A stretch of 64,000 bases of DNA from an uncultured Candidatus Saccharibacteria bacterium (GTDB lineage Bacteria > Patescibacteriota > Dojkabacteria > J137): NCBI GenBank assembly GCA_964561155.1, contig CAZLOI010000003.1:16832-80831 (forward strand). Reading direction: 5' to 3'. The notes below the pieces were generated by a model, which was not told the DNA's origin, did not search any database, and was given only the letters and a program-made list of their open reading frames with translations. The translations under genes and the position numbers were made by a program. This document shows, piece by piece, positions 28,706 through 37,470 of this stretch; positions within the stretch are counted from its first letter, which is position 1; every line of letters starts with the position of its first letter.

Positions 28706-29653
28706 TTAGTTACTAGGTATCATTTTGTAAGATTTTGTTCTTCTTTGCAACTTCTTCTTCAAGAATCTCGATAATACATACAGAATAACAACAGATGCAG
28801 TTCCTCCAGCGACTGTATAGAAGGTTCTGTTCTGAGTTGGGATATCAATTCTAAATACTTGTGACTTTCCAGTGAACGTATCAGTTAGCTGAAGCTCCAC
28901 AACTTTGTTAGGTGAAAGAACTGTATCCAAAAAATCAAACTCATATTTAAAGCTCTCTTCAACAACCTTGTCTGGAGAAAGGTATCTTAGATTTTCATTG
29001 ATAACTTTCTGAAGATATACATTTCCTCGGTTATCTATAACCTGAACTCTAGCTAATATCTTACTTGGGAATAATCCTGAGTTCTTGTATCCAATATTGA
29101 TATCAATTATTCCATCGTATTGGCTTTCATCTGTATAATCAAAGCTATACATTTCAATTTCAGATTCGTATGATTGATTGCCAGAAACGAATAGATTAAT
29201 TCTATGCCCAATAGCAGCCTTAAGTGTTGTACCCTCCCCTAATCCAATATTTCTAAGAATAATTAGTGGAACATAGAATCCATCATTTAAATTGGCAGGA
29301 ACTATGAAGTTAAAATATATTAGCTGTTCTTCGTTAGGTAATACAATGAATTCACGAACACTTGATTGAAGAAAGCTCTCTTCATCACTTAATTCTCTAA
29401 TCTCTTCACCATATACTTCACCAAAGCTTAGTTCAAACCCGAATGCTGTATCGTAGTTATTCTTAAGAATAAAACTTCCAGTAACAGTTTCTCCTTGCTT
29501 TGCTCTTATCTCTGTTTCAAATGGATACATACTCATACCTTCAATCTCTTGAGCCTGAATTGGGTTTAGATTGGAAAACAATGATGAAGATATCAGAACA
29601 AGGATCACGAAAAGCGATCTTAGAAGTAATCCTTTAGATAGAAATCTTTGCAT
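28706..29653 (-). CDS. DUF916-like cell-surface protein with C-terminal TM anchor, distant paralog of 23766..24872
   Basis: Signal peptide, beta-rich ectodomain with colinear motifs (FETEIRAKQGETVTGSF versus FEYVVEKGSTITDSF), C-terminal TM and KKKLQRRTK tail. Confidence 0.45.
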   Translation of the reverse strand: MQRFLSKGLLLRSLFVILVLISSSLFSNLNPIQAQEIEGMSMYPFETEIRAKQGETVTGSFILKNNYDTAFGFELSFGEVYGEEIRELSDEESFLQSSVREFIVLPNEEQLIYFNFIVPANLNDGFYVPLIILRNIGLGEGTTLKAAIGHRINLFVSGNQSYESEIEMYSFDYTDESQYDGIIDINIGYKNSGLFPSKILARVQVIDNRGNVYLQKVINENLRYLSPDKVVEESFKYEFDFLDTVLSPNKVVELQLTDTFTGKSQVFRIDIPTQNRTFYTVAGGTASVVILYVLSRFLKKKLQRRTKSYKMIPSN

Positions 29654-29714
29654 TAATGTAAGTTAATCGACTTACTCAGTATATCGGAGAGAGGATTTAA
29701 GGACAAGGATGAAC

Positions 29715-30611
29715 CTAGTTAGTGGAAGTATTTAAATTCGCAGGTTGTAACTTATATCTTGAGTTTGATTTACAATCTTCACAGCAACCTCCTTCAAACT
29801 TAGCATCGCATTCCTCACAGCAGATAAATTGCTTGTTACACTTTGCATTGCAGCAGTTAATATATCTAAGTGTCTTAGTATTACAGTGTAAACATTCAGA
29901 TATTATTTCTGGATTAACGCTATTAACAGGAACATGAATTCGATTGTCGAAAACATAGCATGCACCTTCGAAATCCTTTCCCCCTGTTTCTTCTCCGTAT
30001 CTAACTATACCTCCATGCAACTGTCTGACATTTTTAAAACCCTGTTCTACAAGATATGCAGAAGCTTTCTCGCATCTAATACCACCCGTACAATATGTAA
30101 CAACAGGTTTGTCTTTTAAATCTTTAATAGATTCTACAAATGTAGGCCAGTCTCGGAAGTTATTAATATCTGGAGTAATTGCATTCTTGAATTTACCAAT
30201 CTTTGATTCGTAGTTATTTCTTGCATCGATAATGATAACGTCATCAGGGGACTCATCTAATATCTTTCTTAGCTCCTTTGGTTCAATATACTCCGCTCTA
30301 TTTTTTACATCTACAGAATAACGAAGTGTTACAACTTCTTCTCGAACTACAACTCTAAGCTTTGGGAAAGGGTCAATTTCCGATGTGCTAATCTTCCATT
30401 CCATATCACTAAACTCAGGATAGCTTTCTGTAACTCTCATGTATTCCTCTACAGCTTCCTCGGATCCACCAACAGTACCATTAAGGCCTTCAGAAGATAT
30501 AAGGATTCGACCCTTTAGATTTAATCTAGAGCATAGCTCAAACTGCTCATCTCTGAATTTATCAGGATTAGCTAATTCGACGTATTTGTAATACAAAAGA
30601 ACTTTAAACAT
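29715..30611 (-). CDS. trhO: Rhodanese-domain tRNA uridine(34) hydroxylase TrhO/YceA-like, with extended Cys-rich C-terminal tail
   Basis: UPF0176 N-domain, rhodanese active-site CTGGIRCEKAS, and a C-terminal tail with more than 12 Cys. Confidence 0.7.
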   Translation of the reverse strand: MFKVLLYYKYVELANPDKFRDEQFELCSRLNLKGRILISSEGLNGTVGGSEEAVEEYMRVTESYPEFSDMEWKISTSEIDPFPKLRVVVREEVVTLRYSVDVKNRAEYIEPKELRKILDESPDDVIIIDARNNYESKIGKFKNAITPDINNFRDWPTFVESIKDLKDKPVVTYCTGGIRCEKASAYLVEQGFKNVRQLHGGIVRYGEETGGKDFEGACYVFDNRIHVPVNSVNPEIISECLHCNTKTLRYINCCNAKCNKQFICCEECDAKFEGGCCEDCKSNSRYKLQPANLNTSTN

Positions 30612-30653
30612 GTGCTAATTATACTATATGACTAAAAGAAGATGATAATGCTA

Positions 30654-31214
30654 TTAAGCCTCAATAGTTTCGAAAGGTACCATTTCAGCACTCCCTACTG
30701 CAAATCTTGAAGAACCACCATCAACATTGTGTGGCTGACAAAGTATTCCTTCAATTCCTGCGGATTTAGCAGCTTCAAGAACTATTTCAAGGGATTTAAT
30801 AAAGTCAGATTCATAACCAAAAGGAACATAGTTTGTACTAGAAAAGTCTGCTCGCAAAATAGAAACTGGTAAATGTTCAGATTGTGATAGGTGCAAAGTC
30901 ATTACAGAATCTTGATCAAATTGTACTGTAGCAGAAATACTATTACTTTTAATATCGTTCCGCTTCCAAAATACCACTCCTCCGTATATTTTTACATGTT
31001 GTTCGATAGCTCTAATCGCTGGTCCGTAGGATTTTGAATTTCGATCCCTAGATACAACACTTTCATCAAGAATTAGTGGATCTTCGTAAGTCATACACCC
31101 TTGTAACCAAAGAAATGCGTCCTTCAAAGAATTAGCATCTTCACTTGCTTCATACCACGCGAATGCTGCTAACGATCTTCTTGTACTGTGCTGCTTTTCA
31201 AAATTATTATCCAT
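30654..31214 (-). CDS. Hypothetical protein (186 aa)
   Basis: ORF with no recognisable motif. Confidence 0.4.
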   Translation of the reverse strand: MDNNFEKQHSTRRSLAAFAWYEASEDANSLKDAFLWLQGCMTYEDPLILDESVVSRDRNSKSYGPAIRAIEQHVKIYGGVVFWKRNDIKSNSISATVQFDQDSVMTLHLSQSEHLPVSILRADFSSTNYVPFGYESDFIKSLEIVLEAAKSAGIEGILCQPHNVDGGSSRFAVGSAEMVPFETIEA

Positions 31215-31318
31215 ATATAATTATATCATGACTATATCCTCCGTACAATTATCTCCCTCAATGGAGTTTTTTTGCGTACTTTCTATTATAATAAGTAGTT
31301 ATTTAAGTATTCAAAAAT

Positions 31319-33142
31319 ATGTGCGGAATAGTTGGATTCACTGGAAAGCCCGATAATAATACCCTAAAGAGGATGACTGATTGTATCGAACACCGAGGTC
31401 CGGATGATGATGGTTTTATCGAAACAAGTGCTTTCTCTGTTGGATTTCGAAGACTTGCCATAATTGATCTTACCGATGATATGTACCCTCTTCAAAACGA
31501 AAGTGGTACAGTGCGCGTTGTTTTGAATGGAGAAATATATAACTACAAGGAACTTAGACAAGTTCTAATTGAAAAGAACCATAAGTTTAGAACTAACTCA
31601 GACACTGAAGTTATTGCTCATGGTTATGAAGAATGGGGAACAGATGTTGTTAACTATCTTCGAGGTATGTTTGTTTTCGTACTTCATGATGATGCAAAAG
31701 ATCTATTGTTTATAGCAAGAGATAGGATTGGAATTAAGCCATTCTATTACACTCAGGTCGATGGAAGACTTGTATTCTCTTCCGAAATCAAAGGAATACT
31801 TTCGGGATACAACGTAGATACAACCCCTGACGAAGCTGCAGTATACAAGTTCCTAGCTTATAGAATTCACGATACCAACAAGGATACTTTCTTTGAAAAT
31901 ATAAAGAGATTGCTTCCAGGACACTTCATGCTTATAGAGAAGGATGGAAACTTTAGAACAGAAAAATACTGGAACCCAAGTTTCAATCCTAATTTTTCGT
32001 CAACAAAGAAAGATGAAGAATACGCTGGTGAATTTAGAGAGCTTTTCCTAGATACAGTAGATAGGCACTTAATAGCAGATGTTCCTGTAGGAACAACTCT
32101 TTCAGGGGGTCTTGATTCTAGTGGAATTACATCTTTAGCTGCAAAGATTTACAAAGACAAGAATAATCCTGCTCCACTATATTCATTCTCTGCGGTACAC
32201 CCTGGAGAAACTGTAAACGAAGAAGAGTTTATTGATGAGGTTGTTAATTTTACAGGTGTTGAAAGTATTAAGGTTACACCAAGTGTAGACAAGTTCTGGG
32301 AGGAACTAGATACTTGGACTTATTATCAAGAAGAACCTGTTATTTCTGCAGCTCCTTATGCATATTACGTTGTTATGCGAGAAGCTAGAAAGAAGGTGAC
32401 AGTAATTCTGTCAGGACAAGGAGGAGATGAGCTATTGGCTGGATACATTCCATACTTTATGAGCTATTGGCAGTCTGCAATGGATCAAGGTAAACCAATT
32501 AAAGCTTTAAGCGAAGCATTTGCAGGAAAGGATTTGTACTTTAAGTATCTGTTACACAAGATGGATGATTATCTTCACAAGGGTAATCAGATTAAGGGTG
32601 CAATGTTCTTAAACAAACCAGCAGGATTTGAGTTACCTGAGTTTAAACACAAAAGAAATTTAAATGAGAGGTTATTCGAAGATGTAACTTCTACTACAAC
32701 TCCTTGTCTATTAAGGTATGAAGACAAGAACTCTATGGCTAATTCATTAGAATCTAGAGTTCCTTTCTACGATCATGTTATGGCTGAGTTCATCTTTAAT
32801 CTACCAATTGATCAGAAGATCAAACATGGTTGGAATAGATGGGTATACAGAAATGCAATGAAAGGCCTTATGCCAGAAAAGAATAGGACTAGACGAAGCA
32901 AGATTGGTTTCACTAATCCTGAATGGGAATGGATTGAAAGAAAGAAGGAGAAGTTCCTAGAGATATTTGAGTCAGATATATTTAAATCAAGAAAGTTCTG
33001 GGATGCAGAAAAGGTTCTAGAAGGATTTAAGTTGGCTCTAGACAACAAGATGAGAGGAGATATTCTTTTCTTCTGGAGAGTGTTCTCTGTAGAAATGTGG
33101 ATGAGAACTTATGTAGATAAGTTTGAGGTGTTGAAAAAGTAA
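31319..33142 (+). CDS. asnB: Asparagine synthetase B-like glutamine amidotransferase
   Basis: N-terminal nucleophile MCGIVGF, class II GATase domain, SGGLDSS PP-loop. Confidence 0.8.
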   Translation: MCGIVGFTGKPDNNTLKRMTDCIEHRGPDDDGFIETSAFSVGFRRLAIIDLTDDMYPLQNESGTVRVVLNGEIYNYKELRQVLIEKNHKFRTNSDTEVIAHGYEEWGTDVVNYLRGMFVFVLHDDAKDLLFIARDRIGIKPFYYTQVDGRLVFSSEIKGILSGYNVDTTPDEAAVYKFLAYRIHDTNKDTFFENIKRLLPGHFMLIEKDGNFRTEKYWNPSFNPNFSSTKKDEEYAGEFRELFLDTVDRHLIADVPVGTTLSGGLDSSGITSLAAKIYKDKNNPAPLYSFSAVHPGETVNEEEFIDEVVNFTGVESIKVTPSVDKFWEELDTWTYYQEEPVISAAPYAYYVVMREARKKVTVILSGQGGDELLAGYIPYFMSYWQSAMDQGKPIKALSEAFAGKDLYFKYLLHKMDDYLHKGNQIKGAMFLNKPAGFELPEFKHKRNLNERLFEDVTSTTTPCLLRYEDKNSMANSLESRVPFYDHVMAEFIFNLPIDQKIKHGWNRWVYRNAMKGLMPEKNRTRRSKIGFTNPEWEWIERKKEKFLEIFESDIFKSRKFWDAEKVLEGFKLALDNKMRGDILFFWRVFSVEMWMRTYVDKFEVLKK

Positions 33143-33143
33143 T

Positions 33144-33602
33144 ATGGAAATACGTTCCGCAACAATAGATGATTTTGAAAATTTAGTAGAAATAAATAAA
33201 TCAATATACATAAATAACCCATCCTTTGATGACGATCTAAATCCAGACTTCATGGACACAAATGAAGGGAAGGAATATATAAAGGAATCAATCACAGACC
33301 CTAATGGAATATGCCTTATAGCTGAAGAAGGGGGTAAGTTCCTTGGATATACTTCTGGTAGCCGAAAACCTATTCCGTGGAGAAGGAGTAAATACTTCGA
33401 ATTAATCAATTTAGGTATTATTCCTGAGGCTAAGGGAAAAGGACTTGGCAAAGCTCTTTTGGTTGAAATAGAAAAGGCAGCTAAAGCTGCTGGTTATGAA
33501 AAGATCTATCTAGATTGCTATGCAAAGAATATCGAGGCTTTAGATTTTTATAGAAGGAATAGTTTTGTGGAAATTGATGTTTCTTTGGAAAAGAAACTTT
33601 AA
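33144..33602 (+). CDS. GNAT family N-acetyltransferase, translationally coupled to the asnB-like gene
   Basis: GKGLGKALLVEIEKAAKAAGYEKIYLDCYAKN; ATG 1 nt after the upstream TAA. Confidence 0.65.
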   Translation: MEIRSATIDDFENLVEINKSIYINNPSFDDDLNPDFMDTNEGKEYIKESITDPNGICLIAEEGGKFLGYTSGSRKPIPWRRSKYFELINLGIIPEAKGKGLGKALLVEIEKAAKAAGYEKIYLDCYAKNIEALDFYRRNSFVEIDVSLEKKL

Positions 33603-34753
33603 ACTAAGTTTAAGAATGCCTCTGCGTTTGGTACAAGACAGTTAAATCTCTTGTGCTTTACCTTCAACTTGTTTATAGCTACAAGTGTTGAAGTACCCAG
33701 TGCAAGTTTTATACAGTCTTTACTTGCTGATAGTGCTATGTATTCTCCAATACTTTCTGTTCCTCTGTTAAACGCCTCTATTTCGAACTTTCCTACAGGA
33801 CCATACCAAACTACTGTCTTGGCACTTTCGATGACTTCTCGGAACAGTACAAGCGTTTTTTCGCCTATATCTACAACATACTTAGATTCAGGTACAACTT
33901 GAACATCTACATCTACTCCAGATTCACTATCAAGTTCTTGAGATACTATATGGTCTACTGGTAGAACAAGCTCTATCTTCTTTGATGCTATTAGTTTTAT
34001 TAACTCTTTAACCTTCTTTAATATCTTTTCATCAAGTACAGTCTTACCAATTCCAACACCTTGCGATGCAAGGAAATATAGGGCGATTTCTCCTCCTACA
34101 AGAACGTAGTTAAACTGAGGCAATACTTTCTTGATACCATTCAACTTAGTTAAATCTGCACTTCCTCCAAGTACCAATACAGCAGGGGAGCTTAATCCTT
34201 TTGAAAAGCTTTCTATGCATGAAAGATTCTTTAAGTATCCAAGTCCGTAGTATGAAGGCAGTTCCTTTGAACTTACACTGATTGATGAGAAAGTCTCATC
34301 TACACCAAATGCTTCGTTTATGAAGTAATCACCATATTGTGTAATATGGGTTATTAATTCCTTTCTATCAGCATCCTTACCTTTGTATTCTTCCTTATGA
34401 AAGAAAAGGTTTTCGATTAAAAGGATATCTCCAAATTCCATAAACTTAATCGAATTATCACATCTATCAAGATCTACGAATTTAATTGGTTTCTCCAAAA
34501 GGTTACCAATTTGGAACCTAACCTGCATTAATGAGCTCTCATCTGAGTATTCACCTGTTTGTGAACCTAGAGATGCAAGGATTATTACTTTTGCCTGAGC
34601 CTTTATTAGTTCTTGAAGAGTTGGGATTAGGTTTCTGATTTTTGTATCATCAAGCACTTCTCCGTTAAGTGTTGGAACTTCTAAATCAGCTCGAAGTACA
34701 ACGACTTTCTTTTGAAAGTTACCATCTGAAAACTTTTTATATCCCGTTGACAT
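33599..34753 (-). CDS. pgk: Phosphoglycerate kinase (divergent)
   Basis: KKVVVLRADLEVP...DDTKIRNLIPTL...KVIILASLG resembles the PGK N-terminal signature; C-terminal LVLGGSADLTK...VLVGGEIAL resembles the GGGAS/GGG region. Confidence 0.65.
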   Translation of the reverse strand: MSTGYKKFSDGNFQKKVVVLRADLEVPTLNGEVLDDTKIRNLIPTLQELIKAQAKVIILASLGSQTGEYSDESSLMQVRFQIGNLLEKPIKFVDLDRCDNSIKFMEFGDILLIENLFFHKEEYKGKDADRKELITHITQYGDYFINEAFGVDETFSSISVSSKELPSYYGLGYLKNLSCIESFSKGLSSPAVLVLGGSADLTKLNGIKKVLPQFNYVLVGGEIALYFLASQGVGIGKTVLDEKILKKVKELIKLIASKKIELVLPVDHIVSQELDSESGVDVDVQVVPESKYVVDIGEKTLVLFREVIESAKTVVWYGPVGKFEIEAFNRGTESIGEYIALSASKDCIKLALGTSTLVAINKLKVKHKRFNCLVPNAEAFLNLV

Positions 34754-34849
34754 ATACCTATTATATCATGCGGGAATCCTTTACGCAAGGGGGTTACGGG
34801 AGTTTTGGAGGGTGATTAAGAGTTGACTATTCGTGGTTATCCACAAATA

Positions 34850-34920
34850 TTGCGGGACTAGGATTCGAACCTAGACAAGCAGCTTCAAAGGCTGCGGTCC
34901 TACCATTAGACGATCCCGCA
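34850..34920 (-). tRNA. tRNA-Gln (anticodon TTG), U1-A72 pair, no encoded CCA
   Basis: Hand-folded cloverleaf: acceptor TGCGGGA/TCCCGCA, anticodon stem GCAGC/GCTGC with loop CTTTGAA, T-arm CTAGG-TTCGAAT-CCTAG. Confidence 0.8.
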
Positions 34921-35034
34921 TTAGCAGATGAATTTTATCAGGAAAATCCTTAAGTATAAAGGGTTTATTGTATACTTCAACTTTACCTCAGTATATAGCT
35001 TTACTCTTGATTTTATTCCTTATAGGATCTGATA

Positions 35035-35649
35035 TTATTGTCTGGAAACCAGGGTCACAAGACCATTATAGACTGGTACTAAATCATGACTACCTATGCT
35101 TGTAGAGTGACTTCCTTTCGGGAACAAAGGATCAACACAGAAATACTTATTCTTTGCGCTATCAAAATATACAACCACTAGATGCCTGCTTTCACTAGGT
35201 AACATTACTGATACCATTGCATACTCGAATTCACCATCCTTCAATTTGTTAAAAACTTCTTCCAATGATATATCTTCAAAGTATTTTGCTTTTAAATCAT
35301 ATAGTCTAAATAGGATCTCGGATATTCTATGGTCATAACCTGCTTTCAAGCTGAACGCAGGCTGGAAAGTTTGATCAGGACCACAAATATAAAATGGTTC
35401 AGAATAAACTTCTTCTGCAGCGCCAAGAGTTATAGGTAAGGTGATCCCACTCTCTAAGTAGTCTCTTTTAGCTACTGCTAGACGATTTTTATGAAGTGCA
35501 CTTAGAAGCTCTACTATTTGTAATGGTAACACTGCAGTCTGAGTCAATTCAGTAACTATCATTGCTACACAGCAAACACCACAGGTAGCTTTTTTCAGAT
35601 CATCATTTTCGAAACTGTCATGTTGATTATAGAAGCTTGATTCTTTCAT
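35035..35649 (-). CDS. Standalone papain-fold C39-like cysteine peptidase domain protein
   Basis: KKATCGVCCVAMIV resembles the C39 Cys motif (DCGxAxLxMI); RHLVVVY...FCVDP resembles the C39 His motif (HFVVL...ADP). Confidence 0.5.
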   Translation of the reverse strand: MKESSFYNQHDSFENDDLKKATCGVCCVAMIVTELTQTAVLPLQIVELLSALHKNRLAVAKRDYLESGITLPITLGAAEEVYSEPFYICGPDQTFQPAFSLKAGYDHRISEILFRLYDLKAKYFEDISLEEVFNKLKDGEFEYAMVSVMLPSESRHLVVVYFDSAKNKYFCVDPLFPKGSHSTSIGSHDLVPVYNGLVTLVSRQ

Positions 35650-36535
35650 CTTTATCTAGTTGATTAAGAATATAATTTGCTAAATGCTTATTGGCCTCGT
35701 GTCCTGGTTTAAGAACCTCGAATCTTCCGATTAAGGCTGCACCTACAAGACCTAAATCTCCAATCATGTCGAGTATCTTATGCCTCACTAACTCTGTATC
35801 ATTTTTTAACGGAGTGATGAATTTATCTTTATTGAATACTATTATGGGTGAGAGCGATGGATCATCCGAAATACCTGGAAATATCTTCTTAACATTCTGC
35901 CAGGCTACACCTTCGTCATCCAATTCAGATCTCATAAAAGATCTTGAAGGAGATATATACCCCAAGTAATTTTCTTTATTAACAACTACTGAATATGATT
36001 GTTTTCCAATTATATTATTAAAATCGATAGTAGCGTTAATTTCATAATAGTCCGAAGGTATTACACGAATATGGGTATCTGTGCTTTCATAGGTAATTTC
36101 TACCTCGTTTGTACAAACAATAGAATGCCGAGCTTGCTCCTGTTGTTTAAGTCCTGCATTTGCTATGAATCTACAGAACTCTTCGGAACTGCTACTTAGA
36201 AATGGTACTTGTCCATTACATAGATCAATGTAGATATTGTCTATGCCCATTCCTCTAATTGCCGAGATAATGTGTTCAATCGTTTTCACCTCTATACCAT
36301 TGGAAGTAAGAGAGGTAGTGTGTGTATATCCATCATCTTTTAGATTTCCGATTACCGCTTTTATTTCCATATTATTAACACTGAAGACAATCCCAGTATC
36401 ACAAGGTGCCGGGCTAAATATAGCCTTACACGTTTCTTTTGAATAAGCAGAGAACCCTGACATCTCAATTGCTAGATCTATCGTCATCTGCTTGGTATTT
36501 GTTTCAATTAATTTGAAAGATTTCATATTATGCAT
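35627..36535 (-). CDS. LpxC-like zinc-dependent N-acetylglucosamine deacetylase
   Basis: TIEHIISAI, VRHKILDMIGDLGLVG and PGHEANKH match the LpxC zinc-ligand and active-site motifs (HKxLD, GH). Confidence 0.75.
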   Translation of the reverse strand: MHNMKSFKLIETNTKQMTIDLAIEMSGFSAYSKETCKAIFSPAPCDTGIVFSVNNMEIKAVIGNLKDDGYTHTTSLTSNGIEVKTIEHIISAIRGMGIDNIYIDLCNGQVPFLSSSSEEFCRFIANAGLKQQEQARHSIVCTNEVEITYESTDTHIRVIPSDYYEINATIDFNNIIGKQSYSVVVNKENYLGYISPSRSFMRSELDDEGVAWQNVKKIFPGISDDPSLSPIIVFNKDKFITPLKNDTELVRHKILDMIGDLGLVGAALIGRFEVLKPGHEANKHLANYILNQLDKDERIKLL

Positions 36536-37424
36536 CTATAAAACATAGTGGGTTTGGGTGTACTAATCTAATACCTACTGTATCTACTATTGCTGTCACA
36601 TCGAATAATCCTCTGGTGACAACTCGACCACCATAATCACATTGCCTAAATCCTCCTCCAAGTGCAATAGAATATGCTCCATCCGTAGCAGACCCCCATT
36701 GGCCTCCAGGATTCCTAGTATGTCCCAGAGCAAAAATAGAAACATTACCTGTTGCGTGATGTAGACCCAGATGATTAGTTGGAACTTCATTAGAATCTAC
36801 AGGTAAAGTTCCTCCTTCGTCTCCATATTCTTTGTCGAATGCGTTAAAGCTGTTCTGTTTACCTTTGATAGGTTTGCCATCTTGTTGATATGGATACTTC
36901 CAATGTTCAGGAGCAGCAAAGGCGACATATTCTGGCTCGGTCGGTAGACGGAAATTCAATCCAGATCGTTTATTCAACCACATACAATATGATATTGCTT
37001 TGCCATAAGTAAGACAAGTTACTGGATGTCTATCACCAGGTGATGTTGATGGTCGTTTATGACCTGGATCGAACTGTTCGAATTCCTCGTTTGTAACAGT
37101 AAACTTACTTACATAAAAGCTTGGGATATTAATTATCTCTCTAACTGGCGTTTCATTTGCTCGACTTCCCTCCAGTTTACATGGCAAGCCTTTATCTTCA
37201 CCCATGTGAACTTTTGAAGGAGAACATAATACAAAGCCTTGTGCTGTTAAAGCTTCTGCTATTTTATGGGCTTCTTGTGTTGAAGTTAATTCCAAAGTTC
37301 TTAGTAGTTGTTGCTCTCTCCAACTCAATCTTTGAGCAAAAACATTAATTTGCTCTGCATAGTCTAATAGATTTGGCTTACTGGTTACTTCATTCATGAG
37401 ATGATAATACATCTCTAAATGCAA
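36528..37424 (-). CDS. FGE-sulfatase (SUMF1/EgtB/PvdO) fold protein
   Basis: VTNEEFEQF, HPVTCLTYGKAISYCMWL and RLPTEPEYVAFAA match formylglycine-generating-enzyme family motifs. Confidence 0.7.
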   Translation of the reverse strand: MHLEMYYHLMNEVTSKPNLLDYAEQINVFAQRLSWREQQLLRTLELTSTQEAHKIAEALTAQGFVLCSPSKVHMGEDKGLPCKLEGSRANETPVREIINIPSFYVSKFTVTNEEFEQFDPGHKRPSTSPGDRHPVTCLTYGKAISYCMWLNKRSGLNFRLPTEPEYVAFAAPEHWKYPYQQDGKPIKGKQNSFNAFDKEYGDEGGTLPVDSNEVPTNHLGLHHATGNVSIFALGHTRNPGGQWGSATDGAYSIALGGGFRQCDYGGRVVTRGLFDVTAIVDTVGIRLVHPNPLCFIDA

Positions 37425-37470
37425 TTATTCATTGTATTACAATACAAATTTATGGAGATTTTTGCGACTA

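Noticed and set aside
35627-36535. LpxC as proof of a lipid A / LPS pathway
   Set aside because: No lpxA, lpxD, lpxB or kdtA homolog is present in the 64 kb, and the neighbours are an FGE-fold protein and a C39-like peptidase. It is annotated only as an LpxC-like deacetylase.
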